Of a stretch of 64,000 nucleotides of DNA, positions 63,001-64,000 are shown in pieces. Origin of the DNA: Octopus bimaculoides (Eukaryota); assembly GCF_001194135.2 (NCBI RefSeq), contig NC_068991.1, positions 24,482,774 through 24,546,773 on the forward strand. Direction: 5' to 3'. Every line of letters begins with the position of its first letter. The stretch's first letter is position 1. Both the position numbers and the translations under genes were made by a program. The notes under the pieces were generated by a model that was not told where the DNA came from, ran no database searches, and saw only the letters and a program-made list of their open reading frames with translations.

Positions 63001-63268
63001 AGTCAATTCATTTCACTAAAAATTCTTCAAAGTGGTGCCCCAGAATGGCTGCAGTCTAATGACTGTAACAAGTAAAAGATAAAAGTTAAAACATTAGTTT
63101 ACCTGGCAAACACTGACAACGATATTGTCCCCACTCATTTATGCAGGTGTTTGGACGACATGGGTTATCGTGTTGGCATGGATCATCAACTTTACACCCA
63201 TGATGAGCTTGGTGTGCTCGTGGATTTGCCAACAATGAGTTTGATAATTTGTTGCCAATACGAAAACT
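13664..63268 (-). CDS. CELSR: Flamingo/Starry night (CELSR-family) cadherin-EGF-LamG seven-pass adhesion GPCR; 3' portion only, 22 exons listed separately
   Basis: Manually spliced GT-AG exons keep one frame with matching phases (3372 nt including stop). Domain order EGF, laminin-EGF, HormR, GAIN, GPS, 7TM, Ser-rich tail is diagnostic of CELSR. Tail motifs NIGISTTSTTSRST.KTSS and SLELASSHSSDDE closely match Drosophila Flamingo as I recall it. Confidence 0.95.
16361..16429 (-). CDS. CELSR: CELSR exon u (probable): short charged tail segment
   Basis: tcttttgcag|...|gtgtga; 69 nt, phase 1 to 1; EEAREQARKMNKKEKEKSPGSFK; strong acceptor, weaker donor, no homology support I can recall. Confidence 0.7.
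16678..16842 (-). CDS. CELSR: CELSR exon t: conserved acidic Ser/Glu/Asp-rich tail domain
   Basis: atttcttcag|...|gtgagt; 165 nt, phase 1 to 1; DPDTGEKTTNLKPDSDSDSDDSDEHASLELASSHSSDDEDLDDDPKWEMPKNKKV. Confidence 0.92.
17540..18600 (+). mobile_element. 3' end of an RTE-clade LINE: RT C-terminus, repeat-containing 3' region and (GAT)n tail
   Basis: AMLHGSEIWAV...RRLER..SMLCWMCNVSV...LREKLGIRGIRCGVQERQLYWYGHV...GTCGRGRPRK across frameshifts, then a tandem array, then ccagcatgg...gatgatgatgat. Confidence 0.8.
17943..18400. repeat. Tandem array of about 10 units of 40-50 bp, each with palindrome ggtgccat-gtaa-atggcacc
   Basis: Units read directly from the sequence, e.g. ggtgccatgtaaatggcacccatgaatcatagtcatggtcattgct. 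Confidence 0.9.
20839..21060. mobile_element. Second TTAA-flanked MITE family
   Basis: TTAA|ccctttagcatt ... aacgctaaatgg|TTAA (imperfect 12-bp TIR), 222 bp. Confidence 0.7.
21170..21420. repeat. 35-bp minisatellite (ctgtatcacttgctatcacatgttgacatatcaaa), about 6 degenerate copies interrupted by (AT)n
   Basis: acatgttgacatatcaaac recurs through 21190-21420; more decayed copies extend toward 21060. Confidence 0.8.
28227..28524 (-). CDS. CELSR: CELSR exon s: Ser/Thr-rich then Pro-rich cytoplasmic tail
   Basis: attcatacag|...|gtacgt; 298 nt, phase 0 to 1; RSALAYRNDSSMDGGLNRMNIGISTTSTTSRSTSKTSS...HLPPLPPPPPSLPLHDNHHPD; donor inferred from consensus and phase match to the next exon. Confidence 0.88.
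29940..30790 (+). mobile_element. Decayed Penelope-like element: RT thumb plus GIY-YIG endonuclease
   Basis: Frame-broken LRNLVKSVGRRISSLS..., [28 protein letters not shown]...KIFNRHTLRLSFSC, VVYKAEV...KYVG (GIY-YIG-like), SIKWKILE, KCRLCLAEK. Confidence 0.85.
31743..31838 (-). CDS. CELSR: CELSR exon r: helix 8 and proximal tail
   Basis: ttttttatag|...|gtaaat; 96 nt, phase 0 to 0; VRFEIKRVWYKFKGKKLELDEALGGTRSTMLS. Confidence 0.9.
32949..33117 (-). CDS. CELSR: CELSR exon q: TM6-TM7
   Basis: catatctacag|...|gtaagt; 169 nt, phase 2 to 0; ESLLVASLLLPMCGANWVFALLSVNQNYAAFHYLFAIMSCFMGVFIFVFYVICSRP. Confidence 0.95.
34060..34145 (-). CDS. CELSR: CELSR exon p: end of TM5 and ICL3
   Basis: tctttctcag|...|gtaagc; 86 nt, phase 0 to 2; ISVLTCILGWQASCREKVHVSHEDLGML. 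Confidence 0.9.
35567..35633 (-). CDS. CELSR: CELSR exon o: ECL2-TM5
   Basis: ttactttcag|...|gtaagt; 67 nt, phase 2 to 0; CWLSTKNMFIWSFAGPIVVVWI. Confidence 0.94.
35848..35914 (-). CDS. CELSR: CELSR exon n: TM4-ECL2
   Basis: attttttcag|...|gtaagt; 67 nt, phase 1 to 2; VIPGIIVGLAVGLYTDQYGTAEF. Confidence 0.94.
36369..36522 (-). CDS. CELSR: CELSR exon m: TM3, ICL2, start of TM4
   Basis: ctttatttcag|...|gtaagt; 154 nt, phase 0 to 1; ILCRIVAIFLHYFFISTFAWLFVEILHIYRMLTEIRDINTGSMKFYYLVGF. Confidence 0.96.
37782..37988 (-). CDS. CELSR: CELSR exon l: TM1-TM2
   Basis: ttctttacag|...|gtaagt; 207 nt, phase 0 to 0; YVPTNAIQLKAITYIGLIISMICLCFAFLIFFLLKNLNTNCNTIRINFIISIFLSELFFLIGVARTKPE. Confidence 0.95.
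38805..39125 (-). mobile_element. Dispersed repeat matching the RTE 3' tail ending in (GAT)n
   Basis: catcatcatcattatcgtttaacgtccgctttccatgctagcatggg...ctacagctggatgcccttc; same sequence as 18410-18600. Other copies near 6890-7110, 25000-25170, 34820-34990 and 49785-50185. Confidence 0.75.
41262..41575 (+). mobile_element. tRNA-derived SINE (family B) with MIR/CORE-like block
   Basis: aggcacatggctcagtggttagg (A-box) ... gagtttgatatc (B-box-like) ... tgtgtccttgagcaagttactttatttc (CORE-like). Other copies near 14400-14700 (-), 22990-23230 (-), 32050 (+), 37000 (+), 46335-46610 (-) and 62380-62590 (-). Confidence 0.75.
41991..42239. mobile_element. hAT (Charlie-like) MITE with 8-bp TSD
   Basis: Termini cagtgattttcaac / gttgagaaccactg flanked by ATCTACAT on both sides (41983-41990, 42240-42247). 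Confidence 0.88.
43601..43733 (-). CDS. CELSR: CELSR exon k: GPS motif and tethered-agonist segment
   Basis: ttatttgtag|...|gtagga; 133 nt, phase 2 to 0; LNGYWSRKGCEMTDHFQLNEDTYVVCSCSHL|STYAVLMDMSNIE. Confidence 0.95.
43897..44774 (-). mobile_element. Internally deleted Tc1/mariner (irritans-like) DNA transposon
   Basis: TIRs tgagggggg-tacccaaaag(a/t)aa..gaa at both ends with flanking TA. Minus strand gives MAEMTEQCASVKFCFLLGK...KTQVYK (N-terminal HTH), VITSDKSWCY (first catalytic Asp region) and EEVKKKMTEALK...GEYFEGNK (C-terminus). The middle of the DD34D domain is missing and the frame is broken. Confidence 0.9.
44977..45247. repeat. Inverted repeat with about 115-bp arms and a 37-nt spacer (MITE-like)
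   Basis: aaataattgatagggaagacagagtgta...aatgcac / gtgcatt...tacactctgtcttccctatcaattattt. Confidence 0.9.
45423..45582. repeat. Near-perfect hairpin: 67-bp arms with 2 mismatches and a 26-nt loop
   Basis: aataaatggagcaaaacgcatataaacaataagttcctttaattcc and its exact reverse complement at 45516-45582. Confidence 0.95.
45620..45796 (-). CDS. CELSR: CELSR exon j: GAIN C-terminal strands up to first GPS Cys-x-x-Trp
   Basis: gttattacag|...|gtaagt; 177 nt, phase 2 to 2; KIPDRPMAISTPIISLILQNQQHHVKGHTSEPINITFKQLVNHNRTSPQCVYWQPFNR. Confidence 0.93.
48748..48859 (-). CDS. CELSR: CELSR exon i: GAIN
   Basis: tgtttttcag|...|gtatgt; 112 nt, phase 1 to 2; GTIPPHKQNPSGKAIVGYMIYRSLGDVMPENYDETV (IYRSL..P.NYD motif). 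Confidence 0.9.
49521..49667 (-). CDS. CELSR: CELSR exon h: GAIN subdomain B
   Basis: gttattttag|...|gtatgt; 147 nt, phase 1 to 1; VLAVDVINLQNFTGIQIPKYDNIVPNTAMFDKDTNIQLPRSLLITGRKL; donor chosen by consensus and phase. Confidence 0.85.
51052..51232 (-). CDS. CELSR: CELSR exon g: GAIN
   Basis: actttgcag|...|gtaagt; 181 nt, phase 0 to 1; NMLSALSYSYNSKYRTEWNRLNKNGGTMALTILFETYLHTLATSMSLSQSWPFQVISENI. Confidence 0.92.
51463..52800 (+). mobile_element. Non-autonomous Helitron-like element, interrupted by an assembly gap
   Basis: 5' a|TCTATATATATAAAAATG followed by (GTCT)n(GT)n; 3' hairpin cccgggc-aac-gccggg (52773-52788) then ctgCTAG|t; A|T insertion site with no TSD. The two ends are separated by Ns at 51787-52468. 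Confidence 0.75.
52850..53059 (-). CDS. CELSR: CELSR exon f: GAIN subdomain A
   Basis: ttttctccag|...|gtatta; 210 nt, phase 0 to 0; IQQIERGSLKINTYVSKTLMLQLAESAASAKNLYGNDISIILRTINQILFYENKQEGLSLTSEQDRKFIK. Confidence 0.92.
54356..55005. repeat. 650-bp foldback inverted repeat (arms about 290-320 bp, 42-nt spacer)
   Basis: aggtggaaatagcacagaagtaaa ... tttacttctgtgctatttccacct; inner ends tctattgtttaaaagaaat / atttcttttagacaatagac; internal agtgttagagagtaagag subrepeats. Confidence 0.92.
55984..56078 (-). CDS. CELSR: CELSR exon e: HormR domain, second part
   Basis: atatttcag|...|gtatgc; 95 nt, phase 1 to 0; GDAKRNCTKLQSWLAPDLFNCTSKEFVKIQNQ (W..P.LFNCTS motif). Confidence 0.93.
57517..57618 (-). 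CDS. CELSR: CELSR exon d: hormone-receptor (HormR) domain, first part
   Basis: tttcttgcag|...|gtatat; 102 nt, phase 1 to 1; VVYDVCPRSYAKGLWWDRTFINEVAVQDCPTGAI. Confidence 0.93.
57857..58077. mobile_element. TTAA-flanked MITE (piggyBac-type ends)
   Basis: TTAA|CCCTTTTG ... CAAAAGGG|TTAA, 221 bp; related copies near 18850-19220, 49080-49310 and 59280-59540. Confidence 0.8.
58350..59010 (-). mobile_element. Decayed Penelope-like element RT fragment (different from the one at 30 kb)
   Basis: Minus strand FYQQ..MAMGTRMAPNYANLFV at about 58830-58895, then HSYLDFTSS.P...IPYSEF at about 58510-58580; many stops and indels. Confidence 0.8.
59763..59946 (-). CDS. CELSR: CELSR exon c: laminin EGF domain
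   Basis: taattacag|...|gtaagt; 184 nt, phase 0 to 1; TNHYKPKNENQCFPCNCYHVGSKGFFCNPVTGQCNCKKGVVGRRCDSCLSPFAEVHESGCR. Confidence 0.95.
61428..61693 (-). CDS. CELSR: CELSR exon b: EGF plus start of laminin-type EGF region
   Basis: tctaaccag|...|gtttgt; 266 nt, phase 1 to 0; GRIGSNCTDVCDNFNPCQNMGICHRP...CPASWWGYPICGPCNCNKRMGFNPVCNKSTGACSCK. Confidence 0.95.
61906..62164. mobile_element. hAT MITE related to the element at 41991
   Basis: cagaggttctcaac / attgagaaacactg; flanks gtctaacc / gtctaact (7/8 TSD match); a truncated relative ends near 10000. Confidence 0.8.
62741..63080 (+). mobile_element. tRNA-derived SINE (family C)
   Basis: ggcacaggtgtggctgtgtgggaagaa...gagttcagtccc...gcaagtgtcttctattata...gtgagtggatttgg..gaaactgaaagaa. 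Other copies near 31525 (-), 36650 (+), 42430 (-), 50770 (-) and 57020 (-). Confidence 0.75.
63103..63268 (-). CDS. CELSR: CELSR exon a: end of LamG2 plus EGF repeat
   Basis: ttattccag|...|gtaaac; 166 nt, phase 0 to 1; SFRIGNKLSNSLLANPRAHQAHHGCKVDDPCQHDNPCRPNTCINEWGQYRCQCLP. Confidence 0.9.
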
Positions 63269-63300
63269 CTGGAATAAAAAATAGAGAAAAATGAAAGGAG

Positions 63301-63337
<37 letters not shown>

Positions 63338-64000
63338 TTTATGCATATTTGTATTTAGCATGGAGAATGCTCCTCCAAGGCATTTCTCTCTCAGCAATAT
63401 CATTGATATTCATAATCAGGATTACTACATTCCCTCTAGTTCTGTGTGTATGCATGTGTATGTGTATTGTGCAAGTGTGCATGAACATGCATACATGTAT
63501 GTATGTGTGTATACATATATATACTGAAAGAGAGACAGTGACAGAGAGAGAGAAAAAACTGAAAATATTCAGAAGATGAACATTCATGTAAAAGCATATA
63601 GATATTTGTATATTTACAGAATATTTGTATATGCTCTATATTCATATTTATATCTATATTTATATATGTTTTTGCTGTCATAAGATGCACTCTTCCAAAA
63701 AGTATTGAGTAATCCTACATTTTAAAGTTAAATTATTCTTATACATAAATTCACATAAAAACAAATATTAATATACATATATATAAAGTATGCTAAATAT
63801 GCTAACTGGAGATATATTCATATCAGGTGTATACATGTAGCTTTTACATGTAGTAAAGGTACATGTGTACAGCACACAATATAGTATGTGCAATTTCGTT
63901 TACATATAAAAAGACCTATAATACTATTGAAAAACTTCAACCTGATTTCAGCTTTTAGTTAGAATTATATTACCCGTGTGTTATAGTTATTCTAACAGAC

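Overview
This is AT-rich, microsatellite-rich eukaryotic genomic DNA with seven N-gaps. The repeat landscape suggests an octopod cephalopod (inference, not verified). The window holds the 3' part of one gene on the minus strand, a Flamingo/Starry night (CELSR-type) adhesion GPCR-cadherin. I traced 22 GT-AG exons by hand from 63268 down to about 13664. They keep one open frame (3372 nt, about 1123 aa) encoding the end of LamG2, EGF, laminin-EGF, HormR, GAIN/GPS (HL|S), 7TM and a Ser/Pro-rich tail. The cadherin and LamG exons lie beyond the right edge, and the last coding exon is uncertain. The introns contain tRNA-derived SINEs, an RTE LINE 3' end, two decayed Penelope-like elements, an internally deleted mariner, hAT and TTAA MITEs, a Helitron-like element and several long palindromes. 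The best second-look candidates are: (i) a 580-bp palindrome whose arms join a tRNA-like Pol III head to a minimal hammerhead-ribozyme-like motif; (ii) long foldback elements close to GAIN/GPS exons, which are potential dsRNA/ADAR substrates; (iii) a candidate short last exon ending DETNI* (PDZ-type) and a candidate frameshifting exon right after the GPS; (iv) a tandem array of hairpin units in a LINE 3' region. I found no prokaryote-type systems. Almost all ORFs in the supplied track are microsatellite or repeat artefacts or partial exons.
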